A stretch of DNA of 64,000 bases from Azolla caroliniana (GCA_043228905.1 JBHGNT010000012.1:17360001-17424000); one strand, 5' to 3'. Counted from the stretch's first letter, positions 9,899 to 22,975 are shown. The notes: generated by a model from the letters alone, not told the origin. A program made the numbers and translations.

Positions 9899-10609
9899 CT
9901 ATTTGCCTACATTTCCATCTTTAGGCACATCCTTAACCTTGTTTTTCAATCTTTCTTCATATGCTTTACGACGAGCATTTTGTTGTGAGATAGTACGATC
10001 TTCACTCACAAAGCATTGTGTACCTTTGAGGTATACCCAACTATTTTCGAGTATGATCCGCCGCTTTGTATCATCTGTCATTGTGCATACAATAGGCCTT
10101 TCTCCAGAGCGAGTAACACCATGTTTCCCAACTCGGTGTGCCCCATATACATTCACATCTGGCATCCCATAATGCATGCTAAAAAATTCACCAATGGCCT
10201 TTCCAAGGGATGCGGGTGTTTCCATACTCTCTTCTTTAATCCCACGGACGACAATGTTCTTTGATCGTCGTTCGCGTTCTTTCAATTCTCGGACATCTAT
10301 GCTTTCTATATTCTTCTCTTGATGCATCACATGCATATTAGATGAGTTTGATAACACATCCCCACCACATACATCGGCCCATGACTTCGTTGTACATACA
10401 TTTTTCATCTCACTTACATCCCGCCTCATCGTATCCAATTTTTCTTCTTTTAATGCTTCCTTTAACTCAATCTTGTTAAGGCGCTCATTTGTTTCAAATG
10501 AAGCTCTTTTACATTCTTGAATCTCTTCTTGAAGTTTTGCAACCACTTGTTTAAGACTTTCATTCTCAATGACAACACTTTGGAGCTTAGTATTCTCTTT
10601 CATTAACAT
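9899..10609 (-). CDS. LINE ORF1 (coiled coil plus RRM-like region)
   Basis: N-terminal heptads followed by ERERRSKNIVVRGIKE...AHRVG...RPIVCTM...VSEDRT, typical LINE ORF1 layout; may be 5'-truncated. Confidence 0.75.
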   Translation of the reverse strand: MLMKENTKLQSVVIENESLKQVVAKLQEEIQECKRASFETNERLNKIELKEALKEEKLDTMRRDVSEMKNVCTTKSWADVCGGDVLSNSSNMHVMHQEKNIESIDVRELKERERRSKNIVVRGIKEESMETPASLGKAIGEFFSMHYGMPDVNVYGAHRVGKHGVTRSGERPIVCTMTDDTKRRIILENSWVYLKGTQCFVSEDRTISQQNARRKAYEERLKNKVKDVPKDGNVGK

Positions 10610-10623
10610 CCTAATCTCTTCAC

Positions 10624-10665
<42 letters not shown>

Positions 10666-10983
10666 CACTTATGAATAACACAAGATGGGGGATGAGTAAG
10701 TATATTAACTTAGCATTATCATCATCAAATACAAAAATACCCACAATGAGGTATATATACATCTCATGTGCAAAGATGCACATGTGTGAGTAGAATATAG
10801 GTACTAATGTGTAAGTCCTATATTAAATGTACTTAGGAGTGGAGGATCTAGAATATCCCACTTAAGTACAAGGTCCTATTTAAGGCGTTATAATCAACAC
10901 TTCGAACTAGATTCTATTTAGGTAACTACGAAGTTACATGGTTGACTAACTAACTAAACTAAGTTGAGCTTGATCTCTCAACA

Positions 10984-12327
10984 ACTCCTAACTCGGGACG
11001 ATGTATGAAAGATAAGGACTTTAGTTTTCGCTAGATTCACTACCAGTCCTCATTGTGTACAAAAGCCATCTAGGGCATTAAGATGCTTTTGTAGGTCGTG
11101 TTCCGACTCCGAGAGCAAGACAATGTTGTCTGCGTAGAGTAAGAGACTAACTTGTGTATCCCCAATAGCTACTCCCTTGCCTCCCTTACGAGCAATAAAA
11201 TAAGCCATCTCATCAATGTAGATCCCAAAAAGAGTCGGTGATAGGGAGAAACCCTGTTTTACACCAATGGTGCTAGTGAAACAATCGGATAGGTCACTTG
11301 GGCATCTTACGCACCCAGAGACTTGCTCATATGGGGTATAAATGGCCCAGATCATGTCATTTGGTATCTCGAAGCTCTTAAGTCTATCAAACAACCTCTC
11401 CCTAGGAACTGTGTCAAAGGCTTTGCGTAAGTCCACAAAGCAACACTATAGTTTCTTCTTACGAGCCTTCGTCTGGTCAATTAAACACCTAAGTGTGAAG
11501 ATATGGTCAATAGTGGAGAAGACTCAGCTAAAGCCAACCTGCTCATGTGCTTGAAGACTTAATGTTTCCATATAATCGTTAAGCTTCACTTCTATTACTG
11601 CATCATATAGTTTAGCGAGCGTATGACCTATCATAATGGTCCTATATGTATTTGGGTCCATTGGGTCCCCTCCTTTATGTATAGGGGCCACTGTGTTCAT
11701 GGTCCATTATGGTGGAAAACCCTCAGCGAGGGCATGGTTGAATATTAGATTGAGAAAGGGGGCTAGGCACTCTCTAGCACATATGATGTGCTCGGCTCGC
11801 AATCCTGTGTGGTCCATGGATTTCCTATGTTGTAAATTTTTTTATGACCTTCGTGACCCTAGAGGTCGTGAAAAGTGTCCCCATGGTAGGTCGAGGTGTG
11901 GAAGGCATTGGAATGGGTCATTGGTTTAGGACATGGTAGAGTCTCTCGATATATGTATGCCAAATATTAGGATCCTCAATGGGTGTTTGTGGTCGTGGTT
12001 CTCGTAGTCTCTTCCATGCAAGGGCACAATCCCTACTCATGAGACTATAGTAGAGTTCCCGATATTGAGATGCTTCCCAAGCTCATCTTTTACGACGTGT
12101 CATCTTGTGCATCTCTTTGCGAGCCCGTACTGAGGAAATAGTACCACTAAGTCACGACACTTTAAGTTGTCTATACAACTATCTACGATCCTCATCATAC
12201 CATTTGTTTTGTGGCATAGACCCTATTCTACTATGATTGGAGTGTTTCGTGTATGGGAAGCTATTAATTGCTGCTGAGTGAAGGATGTGTGCAAGTTCTG
12301 TAGTGAGGTTCTCTAAAGGCAAGGAAG
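10984..12327 (-). mobile_element. Degenerate LINE RT fragment (host of the Copia element and Ty3 element 2)
   Basis: DLRKAFD, GVKQG.SLSP, LYADN motifs with stops; resumes at 22233. Confidence 0.85.
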
Positions 12328-12820
12328 AATCATGTTACCGGCCGGCAAAGGAGTTCAGAGTGGGAAACAGAGAGTTATTTAAGTAGTAGGAATGTGGTTG
12401 TAATTAAGCTATGAGTGTGGACGGACGGACCGGAAACGGTATGCCGTTCCGGATCCGGACCGATCCCGAACAGGTGCGGATGGCACCGTTTTGTAATACA
12501 GACCGGAAACCTATTTAAAGGCCCGGATACAATGTAATCAATAGCGGTTAATTAATGAAAGCTTAAGCGTTGTTATCTCTCTGTGTTAATTGCCGTTTTG
12601 TCTTAATTGTTATATCTTACGCGTGTGTTATGAAAGACGATCATAATAAGTAACTTAATTAAGTAGGACTAAGCGTTGAGGCAGATCCGGTTGCCGTAAC
12701 ACCCTTTGGGGAAGTGTCTTCCGTAGACACCCTGTGTTAGGCCATTGTCCGGCCCTAAGAGTTAACACAGTTTTTGGCGACCACGATTCCTGTTTTTGCA
12801 GCGAACGACGGCACGAATGG

Positions 12821-15800
12821 ATGTCTAGATCAACGCACGACCTGGTTACAGATCGAACTCGACGCCTTGCCGAAAGGCAAAGGAGACGCGAGGCTTTCCA
12901 GCAAGCGGCGCAGGAAATTAGAGCGGATCGCTCGTTTTCCAACGTAATCCGGAGAGTAGCGGAGGACTCCCTTTGGTTATAGCAAACATCGCACCCGGAC
13001 GACGGGAGCAGCCTAAGCAGCCTCTGGGAAACCGAATCCCTTCTCCACGCGTTGGTAAACGGAGAAGGCGAAGCAGAAGCCTTTTCAGCATATGAATCAG
13101 ACTCCGAAGGGGAATGCAGCGTGCACACGAACTACCGTAGCAGCAACGAAACCCCGGGCGGACAGGAGGACGAAGGATCAGATACCTTACCGACACCGGA
13201 TCCGGAAGTGCTAACGCTGGAACCCCCAGAACTAGCAGAAGAAGAGCGACCTCCGACACCGGAAGTCGAAGAGGAGAGACCTCCGTCACCAAAAGAAGAG
13301 GAAAAACCACCGACGCCGGAAACAAATTGGGAAGGACCACCGACACCGGAGAAAATTCCGGAACAAGCACCAACACTGCCAGCCTGCGCACCGATACCGG
13401 ACGACGACATGCCGTTCCAGTACTCGAAGTATAGAGATGATCCGGACGCGGAAGCTCATGTGCACGCCTTTGAACAGACATGGGAAGCCAACCATGTGTC
13501 CTAGCGATTGACCCCGGAGGAAGAAGAACGCTCTAAGATAGCGGAATTTGGCGTCACATTGGAGGGACCGACAACAAGATGGCGCCGGACGCAGGACCCG
13601 TCTACCATCAACACCTTTGCAGATTTAAAAGCTAAATTCTTGCATTTTTTTCAAAAGGAGGTGGACCAGAACGTAATGGTAGGCTTATTTTATACCATCC
13701 GACAAGAGGTAGGGGAGAGCATTCCCCAATTTGTCATCCGGTTTCAACGGATGCATAGTCAGCTTGCCCACGCACCCCCGGAGGAGGAATTACGGACTAT
13801 ATTCCTAAACGCGCTCCGAGAACCTCTACGCACGGTTTGCATGGTAATTGACTTCCGCACAAGTACCATCGACCAGGTCATTGACCGGGTGAGAGAGATG
13901 GAAAAGACAAGCTCCTGGCTCACATTGGGAGCACTTCAACGGGCGTTACCGTCCGATGAAGACCTTCGGTTTCGGCAAGCAATACAGTGCACAACCTGCT
14001 TGAATTCCGGACACTCGGCTCTAGAATGCACTATGAGGACGCAATGTGTAATCTATCAATCCAAGAGACATACGACGGATAGGTGTGAGTATAATCTGTT
14101 GAACTGGCAAGCACAGCCCGTCCGACAAATTGAGCCACGCAGCAGCCGGGATGAAGAAGACGAATGTTGGCGGCGAATGGACCGCGACCGACCGGCACAG
14201 GATGTCCGGCATGGCGATCGACGGGAAAATGATGTCCGGTATGGTGATCGGCGGGATAACTATGACCGGCATGATCGGTACCAGGGTTACAATAGATGAT
14301 ACGAACATTACGACCGGGAGCACTCCCCCGGGTATCGTCAGCAACGGGAGGAATACGGCAGATATAACGGGAAACCCCGTCAAGAGTACCATAATAAGAA
14401 GAGCTATAACAAAAAATGGCATTTTAAAAAAGGCGGCTACCCCCGGGATCCGGAACAAGGAGCTCCAAGCAGCCAACCGGTACAAAACCCCGCGCGTACC
14501 GCAGGACCTGTCCCGGGTACAACAGACAATGCCGAATCTAGCAATACCCGGAAAGCCTACTGCTACTACTGCTGACAGGAAGACCATTATAGTAACCAAT
14601 GCCCGGTGATGAGCTATGAAAAACGACCGGCGGTAAATATGGTAGTCCCTGAGGTGGCAGATCTGCAGCAGGTGACCACAAGGTCAAAGGGCATGGCCAA
14701 GGAATGGGAGACGCAGGAGACCATCCGGAAACAAGCAACGGAATGGGTAAAGAAAGCAAACGAACAGAATGTCACAGACTTACAGCGGCAAAAGAAGAAC
14801 ACCGCAAGGCTTGCCGGCGGTAGTCACTCTGAGAATGAGACATGGCAGGCGTTGCAAGAGTGCCAGATTACGTTGCCACTAGGAAGACTCCTACAACTCG
14901 TGCCAAGATTCACGGAAGGACTGAAGACGGCCATGACGGCAGGAGAACCATCACCGGCACCGGTACTCTTCTCGAATCCGGAGGAGGGACCAACGGTGGT
15001 GGACACCAGCAGTCCAGTAATCACTGCCATTGTAAAAGGGAAAGAACTCCCCGGCACAGTTATAGACGGAGGCTCTGGGGTGAATGTAATAAGCCTCAGG
15101 ACGTGTGATGCCCTAGGAATCCACGAGTGGGAGCCGTGTCCGTTCTGGTTGCGGATGGCCGATACAAGCTCAGTACGGCTGACAGGATTAATACGGAAAT
15201 TAGAAGTCACCGTCGGCGGTCATACATTTTACATCTCAACCGTAGTGCTACAATTACAGGCACAAGGCGCATACCCGCTATTGCTGGGGCGGCCATGGTT
15301 GAAAACAACACATATCAAACAGAATTGGCGGAAAAAATAATTACCTTCCGGCGAGGAAAAGCCAAGGTATGGGTACCAACACAGCCAAGGACGAGCACTG
15401 GCAAGGAATGTACACCGTTGTATGCGGAATGCGTCAACATGCTAGAAGGGTTAGCGGACGAAGAAGAAGCTCAGTACCTGCAGGAAAACCCGAAGATCAT
15501 ACCCCTCTTCGAAATTGACATTGCCGAAGCAGTAGCACCATACTTACCGCAACCGGAAGAGGCTGAAGCAGAACCGGATAAAGACGCAATTCGGGAGTTA
15601 TGGCAAGCGCAAGAAGCGTTGGAACGGGAAATGGCCGTTTCACAGTGCGTAAAATCGTCGCAACTGGAAGAGGTGAACCTAGGCACCACGGACGAAGCAA
15701 AACCGGTGCACATCGCCAAGGAGATGAAGTCTGAAGACAAAACGGCGATGATCACACTTCTCACGGAATTCCACGATGTGTTCGCCTGGTCATACGAAGA

Positions 15801-18596
15801 TATGCGAGGACTCGACGCTCAGTTATACCAGCATCAGGTGCACTTGAGCAAGGACGCAAAACTAGTGGCACAAAGACGGTACCGGATGAATCCCAATTAT
15901 GCCGCCAAAGTCAAGGAGGAAATCGACAAACTGCTAAGAGTTGGCGTTATCCGTTCGGTAAAGAAAGCGACATGGTTGAGCCCGATCGTAATCGTACCGA
16001 AGAAGAACGGAAAAATTCGAGTTTGCGTGGACTACCGGAAACTCAATGCGGCTACGGTAACAGATGCGTTTCCACTTCCGTTCACAGATGGAGTGTTGGA
16101 TGCCGTCGCCGACCATGAGGTCTATAGCTTCCTAGACGGATTCATCGAGTATAAATGCACCCCGACGACCAAGAGAAAACGGCATTCGTCACCGAATGGA
16201 GGGTGTTTGTGGCCGTGGTGATGATGTTCGGACTCAAAACGGCACCGACAACATTTCAACGAATCATCATGGAAATCTTTAGTGAATATATACCGGCTTT
16301 TATGCAGGTTTTCCTTGACGATTTCGCCGTCTATAGCCGGGAGGAGGACCATTCTCAGCACCTCCGTCTTTGTCTAGAAAAGTGTAGAGCGTACCAGCTA
16401 AGCTTGAATCCAGCAAAGTGTGTATTTGGCGTGTCTAGTGGAACTTTATTAGGACATATTGTGAGCCAGGAAGGTATTGCAGTCGACTCGGACAAAGTGA
16501 AAGCCATATTAGAAGCACCGGCGTTGGCAACGGCAAAGGCATTAAGCCGGTTCTTAGGCCAGATCCGGTGGCACAGCCGGATGCTCCGATACTTAGCCGA
16601 CCTGGCTACACCGTTGCATGCCGCCGTACATCGGACACCATTCCAGTGGACCGACACCGAGGATAGAGCGTATAGGGCCCTCAAGGTACTATTGTCGCAG
16701 GCACCGGTAGTACAACCTCCGGATTGGAGTAAAGAATTTCACGTGTTCGTAGACGCCTCCGACATCGCAATCGGAAGCGTACTTATGCAGCTTATGGAGC
16801 CAAAATGGTACTGGCCAGTGTACTATGCCAACCGAAAGCTATCCCAAGCAGAACGAAACTACTCTACCACGGAACGGGAAGCCCTAGGGATGATCTACAG
16901 TGTGACAAAGTTTCGGCATTATTTATTGGGAAAGAAGTTTTCCTTCCATGTAGATCATTCGGCACTCCTTTACCTAGTGTCCAAAGCGTCACTCATTGGC
17001 AAATTGGCCCGATGGACCTTACTGTTACAGGAGTTCGAGTTTGAAATATTCCACCGACCCGATATACAGCATGCCGTGGCGGATTACTTAAGCCGATTAG
17101 AGTCTGGAGAGACGGGTGACGGAGTAGCGGATGAGTTTCCGGATGCAGAGCTATTTCGAGTCACTACGGAGACGGCAGTAGATGACACGGTGGCACAGGA
17201 AGACAAATGGCTCACAAATATGCACCAATTTTTGAGCATAGGACTGCCTCCGGAAAAGATGAACCGGGACGAACGGAAACGCCTGGCGGTGCAAAGCCGA
17301 CATTTCTGCTTACTACAAGACACACTGTACCACAAGGGCGCGGACGGCATATGGAGACGGGCGGTGCGCAACGATGAAAAGGAACTGATACTGAGGGAAG
17401 CCCACTGCGGAGTTGCCGGAGGTCACTATGCCGGAGATGCGACGGCCAGGAAAATATGGCAAAGTGGCCTATGGTGGCCAACGACACTTAGAGATGTGGT
17501 ACGATATGCAAAAGAATGTGACCTATGCAAGAGAATGGGTCAGCCAACGGAGCAGGCTCGTATGCCACACCAGCCGGTACTACCACTCGAGCCATTCCAG
17601 AAGTGGGGGCTGGACTTTGTAGGACCCTTCAAGCCACCGGCAATGAGAACGGGTAATCGGTACGTCATCGTTGCTACGGATTATTGCACGAAATGGGTGG
17701 AGGCCAAAGCATTAAGGGATAACACCGCTGCGTCAACGGCGAAGTTTCTATATGAGTACATATGGTGCCGTTACGGATGCCCAATTGAATTAATAAGCGA
17801 CCAAGGGGGGCACTTTCTCGGCCAAGTAGTGGAAAGCCTGACGACATTCTATGCCGTTGTACACAAACGGAGCACACCTTACTATCCACAGGCGAATGGT
17901 TTAGCAGAATCAACGAACAAGACGCTCCAGAATATCCTCCGGAAGATCGTCAACGAAAACCGGACGGATTGGGACACAAAGCTACATAGCGCGCTTTGGG
18001 CATACCGGACGACATACAAAACGAGCATCCGAACAACACCGTTCCGGTTAGCGTTCGGACTAGAGGCGGTCATGCCGGTAGAATTCCAAGTACCCAGCTT
18101 ACGGATCCAGCTACGGGAACGGCTGAACGAGAAGGAGTCGGAGGCAATACGGTTGACAGCGTTGTGTGAGCTCGAGGAACAACGACTGGCTAGCATCCTG
18201 CATTTAGAATTGGAGCAACGACGACGGAAAGCATTTGTCGACCGGCACAGGAAAGGAAACGAAAAAATGTTCGCCATCGGCAAACCGGTGTTAGTATTTC
18301 AGACCCGGATGGGCAAGATGCCGGGTAAACTACAGTTTAGATGGACCGGACCATATTGGTTAACACGGGAGTATAATGGGTCCTACCAGTTAGGGACACT
18401 TGCCGGCGAAGTGCTAGGCAAATGGGTCAACGGATTCCGGTTGAAGCCATATAGAGGACCGATGCCTAAGAACCCATTTGAGCAAAGGACCGACAGCAGT
18501 GAGGGAAACGGCAACCACCAAGACGGCAGACAAGGCGAGCTGATAACTGGGGAGAATGAGGCCGGTAAGGGTCCGAGAGGACCAACGGACAAGTGA
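12821..18596 (+). pseudogene. gag-pol of element 2 (three CCHC-type knuckles, PR, RT, RH, IN) with stops and frameshifts
   Basis: CTTCLNSGHSALEC, VIDGGSG, CVDYRKLN, FLDD, DAS, H-H-C-C, GLDF/ISDQG/ESTN, WTGPY; in-frame stops at 12980, 13502, 14297; frameshifts near 15335 and 16140. Confidence 0.93.
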
Positions 18597-18972
18597 CGTC
18601 AAACTAAATTAATTATTGTTTAAAAAAAAAAAAAAAAAAAACAATCATGCAAAAGCGAGGAATGAATGGATGAAAGAGCGAGGAGCGAAAAGGTATGTAG
18701 TGGGCATTTAAAGCGCCACCATAGGACATAATGCTATTTGAGTACATGACATGCACACACTCGAAAAAGGCGCCAGAATGCACAGACAAAAACCATTGCG
18801 CGTAGAGACCCTTTACTTTCGCGAACCCAGGAGCACAGAAGCACCAAGACGCTGCAAGATCATCAGACGAGAACATGTGCACAGAGAACCCCCGCCTTCT
18901 GAACTCTCTCTCTCTCAACCTCACTCTCATCACCATCCAACCTCGCCACCGCAATCCGACCTCGACACAGAA

Positions 18973-21738
18973 ATGGACCCGCAAACGCTGTCGGAAGCCA
19001 CCAAGACATGGCTAAAGCAACACGGGCTCGAGGGCTTCTTGATGATGATGGAAGTACCGCCACACAAAGAAGCCGACAAAGTGATCAAAGAAATCGACAC
19101 AGAGGTCATAACGGCAGAGGCGATTCGAGCGTTAACAGGCCTTCTGGAGGGAGGCATACTCACGATCGACAATCCAACCCCGGAGCAACTCATCAGGTAT
19201 TTTGGTGAGTATTCTCTAGCCAGCAAGGGCTACCGGACACAAGACGGCGGAGACATGCTGTTCCGCAAGATTGCCCGTGTGCTCCACGAGTACGGCCACG
19301 TGTACCCTAGACCCCCTGTCATGCCGCAGAACAGGGCAGGGATGATCATTGCCACCTATGAAGGGATCAAGGTGGATTGGCCGGTATTGATCGCAAACGG
19401 GTTGTGTGCGGCCATCGAGATCGTCAGAGGCAAAGACGGCAAAGAAGGCCGAGACGGACGGAGGATATGGCACGCCGTAACGCAGTGGCTCACCTTGCTT
19501 GTGCCACCCGTCCAGCCCGTCCAGCCCAAGAAGCGAGGAAGAGTGGCGGATGGCACCCCAAAGACGGCTTCCAAACGACAACAGTTGTTGGCCTCTAAGG
19601 CCTCTAAGGGAAAGGCGAGGGATGCAGAACAGGCGGCAGCAGGAAGCGGCAGCCGAAAGCGCCCAACGGAGGCGCAGGAGGAACCACCAGCATGGCCCGT
19701 AAAGGTCACACTCTGCCGATCGGTGAATAGAGAAGCGGACCCCTTGGCGGCAAAACTCAATGCCGGAGCTTAGGAGGAGGAAATAGAGGAGGAGCCTACG
19801 GAGCACCTCCAACGACGGTCGTTGGCAAGGACCGTTGAGACAGCCGGGAAACGTTCGGACCCTCAGACGGAGGGAACACCGGCTCCCCTTAGTGAGACTC
19901 CCACGCCAAGGAAGGAACCGGAATCGGTGTGCATGGCACCGGAAACAGAAGCCCCGGCACCACCGGCAACACCAGAAAGGTCAATGCAGCCTCCCTCGGT
20001 CAGCCAAGAAGAAGCGCAAGGGGAACCAGGACAATAGGGTGGTCCACGGGCAGAAACGGAACTGCAACTCGGCGCAACCAGGCGGGACCACCCCTCTACA
20101 AGTGAGCCCATCTGTCAAACCTCCGTGCAAGCACAACAAGGCACCGGTAGCCTGTGCCTCCGATGGATAGGCGAGCAGATAGCTGGAGCAGTGGGGTATA
20201 TTGAGGCGGAAGAAAGAGCGCAAAGCGAACGGTTGCTCGTCACAACCGAACAACTAGAGACGGCCCGGTCCAGAATCTGGTGCCTTGAAAAAGACTTGGA
20301 TCAAGTCACGACAGAGATGGCCAAAATGGCCTGAACGGCAACACATATCCAATCACCGGTGACTCCGGTAAGTTTACAGAATAAGGAAACGGAACGACCT
20401 GTACATAGCAATAAGACCCCGGCCACGGAAACCATTCCGACGAGAGATGCGGCGCAAGCCCTGGAGCTTGCAGAATTGAGAGATGAACTTGCCGCACAAG
20501 AAGCGCTAAGGAGCCGTGAACAAGAATTGAAGATAGCGGCCGAAGCCGAATTAAAGAAGACTGCTGAGAACCTCCGCCGGGCAGAGGAGAGCCTCCGGAA
20601 AGGCCATCAAGCGTACGACCGGCTAAAGGAGGAGAAAGACAAAGTGCTGCAGGAAAAGGACAAGTTGCGAAAAACGGCGGAAACAGAGATTGAACGGCTA
20701 AAGGAAGAGCTCTGCCAACAGAAGGACCGCGAGGACCGGGCCCGTCGTTAGATCAACGCACGGCTCAAGCAAAAAACGGATGATTTTGAGCACCTGCACC
20801 GGGACTACAAACGGCTGGAAACGGAACATAAAGAACGGATGGCCGAGCTCCAACAGGCAGTTGATCGGGCCGCGATGGCGATCGCCGACGAACGGGCGGA
20901 AAATACAAGACGCTTGGACAAGGCGGAGAAGGTCCGGATGGAGCTCCAGAGGCAGCAACAGGAAGACAAAGAGAGAGCGTCAACAGTATTGCAGAAATTA
21001 CAAAGCACATATCAAAGGCAATTGACGGATTACAAGGCGCAGGCGGAGGACAACGTCAAAATCATCAAACAACTGAAGGAGGAACGGCAAGCAGCGGAAA
21101 CCAAATCGCAATTGGGAACGAGCCGGATTCAGTCCATCCTCCGGGCATGGCTGAATCAGACAAAACACTTGATTGATGAAAGCTCCGTAAAATGGTGGAC
21201 AAAGTGGGCACAAAACGCGGCGGAACTCCAGTTGCTTCGGGCGGATGTGGCAAATCGGCGGAAGGAAGGAGGTGATTGTTATACGTTGACTTCCGAGGAC
21301 TTCACAACCATACGGGACGAGCTGGCCGACGACTTCCAAGTCCTGGCAGATGAACAGCTGGCGCAGGTCAGGCAGCTCGTAGCTCAGCTAGACAATGATA
21401 GGCTGGACGCTCAAATCCAGTTTGAAAGCTACAAGCGGTCCTAGGTGCGGGAAGAAAAAGCATGGGAAGCGGCAACGGTTAACCTTAGTGATGAGGAACC
21501 GTCGCCGGCTGAGGGCCTGCCGGGAACCAGTCAACCGGAGACCACTACGACGCAGGGAGCAATGACGGAGACGCCGGTGTCAGAGCAACAAACGGAGGAG
21601 CAGCCGCAACAGCCACCAACGAACCCGCCGCAGCAGACATCAACAGAGCAACAACAACAACAACAACAACAATCACTTCCAGATGAACCATTGGAGCCTC
21701 TCGAACAAAGCATTCTGGACATTTTGGACGAAGAATAG
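18973..21738 (+). pseudogene. Extra ORF (~920 codons) of element 2: globular N-terminus, low-complexity linker, long coiled coil
   Basis: Six listed ORF segments (starting 18751, 19822, 20125, 20359, 20839, 21445) share one frame and are separated only by single TAG/TGA codons. Confidence 0.8.
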
Positions 21739-22232
21739 CAAGGGTCGGTTGTGGATTCGACGTACAAGGTACTGTCCCACGGGCGTGCCATGTGTTACCG
21801 GCCGGCAAAGGAATCCAGAGTGGGAAACGGAGAGTTATTTAAGTAGTAGGAATGTGGTTGTAATTAAGCTATGAGTGTGGACGGACGGACCGGAAACGGT
21901 ATGCCGTTCCGGATCCGGACCAATCCCGAACAGGTGCGGATGGCACCGTTTTGTAATACAGACCGGAAACCTATTTAAAGGCCCGGATACAATGTAATCA
22001 ATAGCTGTTAATTAATGAAAGCTTAAGCGTTGTTATCTCTCTGTGTTAATTGTCGTTCTGTCTTAATTGTTATATCTTACGCGTGTGTTATGAAAGACGA
22101 TCATAATAAGTAACTTAATTAAGTAGGACTAAGCGTTGAGGCAGATCCAGTTGCCGTAACACACTTTGGGGAAGTGTCTTCCGTAGACACCCTGTGTTAG
22201 GCCATGGTCCGGCCCTAAGAGTTAACAAATCA

Positions 22233-22975
22233 AAAGAGGAGAGATGGGCTTGAACATGTCAGGAATAGATGTCAACGAGCTCATGCGTGAAATGTATTAT
22301 GGTGTGATGGTTTGGTTGACTAGAGTTGGTGGCGTGGGAGGTGTCGCATTTTAGCTTAAAGTATAGGAAGCTATGGTCTCCACCAATGGGGCATGGGGCC
22401 ACCCAGAAGGAGTTAACCATGTGGGTAGCTTCAGGGCGTCCTATTAGGTAATCAATTGTGCTTTCCCCTCCTACATGTGGGAAACATGTGAGCTCTTCCG
22501 AGCCTGACCACTTGGCTAAGCCATTATATATGACCATCTGGTGTCGGCTTCCAAGTTCAAGCAGATGATGGCCAAAGCTTGTGGCGTCCGCACCTTGATC
22601 CTTTGATGTACGTGTTATGTCTAAGTCTAAGGGGTCGACATTCACCATTTCTAGGTTTCTATCCATCAGAAATATTGTGCATTGTCGGGATTGGGTTCTC
22701 GCATTGAAATCTACTACAAGGAAGACTTCCCCTTGAGAAGAATATCGAATTATGTCATCTGATAAAGGTTCGTATGGAGAAGGCCCATGTGGCATTCCTT
22801 CATCAACTATACTCTCCGCTCTAGCCATATTATATTGGGATCCTTTCAGGGGGAAGTAACAAATGACGATAAATATCGCCTGATCCTTGCTAGTGAGGAC
22901 TTTCACCCACATAAAGCGGGCTTTTGGGTTTGTCTTTAGTATTTCTATCCTATTATGTATCTCTCTCCGAATTAC
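22233..22975 (-). mobile_element. LINE endonuclease fragment (5' part of the LINE split by element 2)
   Basis: DFNART, TIDY, GDH motifs; homologous to the ORF2 N-terminus of the LINE at 6440-10625. Confidence 0.85.

Larger units (their letters stand above)
6440..10625 (-). mobile_element. Near full-length LINE (APE-RT-CCHC; RTE-X-like) inserted in the (GA)n tract of the Copia LTR
   Basis: ORF1 plus ORF2, (ATCT)n 3' tail at 6440-6462, 5' junction at (GA)n 10626-10662. Confidence 0.9.
1..10983 (-). mobile_element. 5' part of a Ty1/Copia LTR retrotransposon, interrupted by a Ty3 element (500-6293) and a LINE (6440-10625)
   Basis: gag at 1-367; tRNA-iMet-type PBS TGGTATCAAAG (- strand, 6324-6334) abutting an LTR edge at 6335 (TGTT); other LTR edge ...TCTCTCAACA at 10983, matching the end of the related solo LTR at 40774. 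Confidence 0.75.
12333..22227 (+). mobile_element. Full-length non-chromovirus Ty3/Gypsy element with an extra 3' ORF, decayed
   Basis: 435-bp LTRs 12333-12767 and 21793-22227 (about 10 differences by eye); TSD AATCA at 12328-12332 and 22228-22232; tRNA-Arg-like PBS TGGCGACCACG at 12775-12785. Confidence 0.97.

Noticed and set aside
10610-10783. Hydrophobic N-terminal extension (signal or TM segment) on LINE ORF1
   Set aside because: It is read-in from the host Copia LTR and the (CT)n tract, not LINE sequence.
18973-21738. Retroviral env gene
   Set aside because: No signal peptide or transmembrane helix evident; mostly charged coiled coil.
12655-21874. Many antisense and alternate-frame ORFs in the GC-rich elements (also 45994-50440)
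   Set aside because: Shadows of gag, pol and the extra ORF in stop-poor sequence, with no independent motifs.
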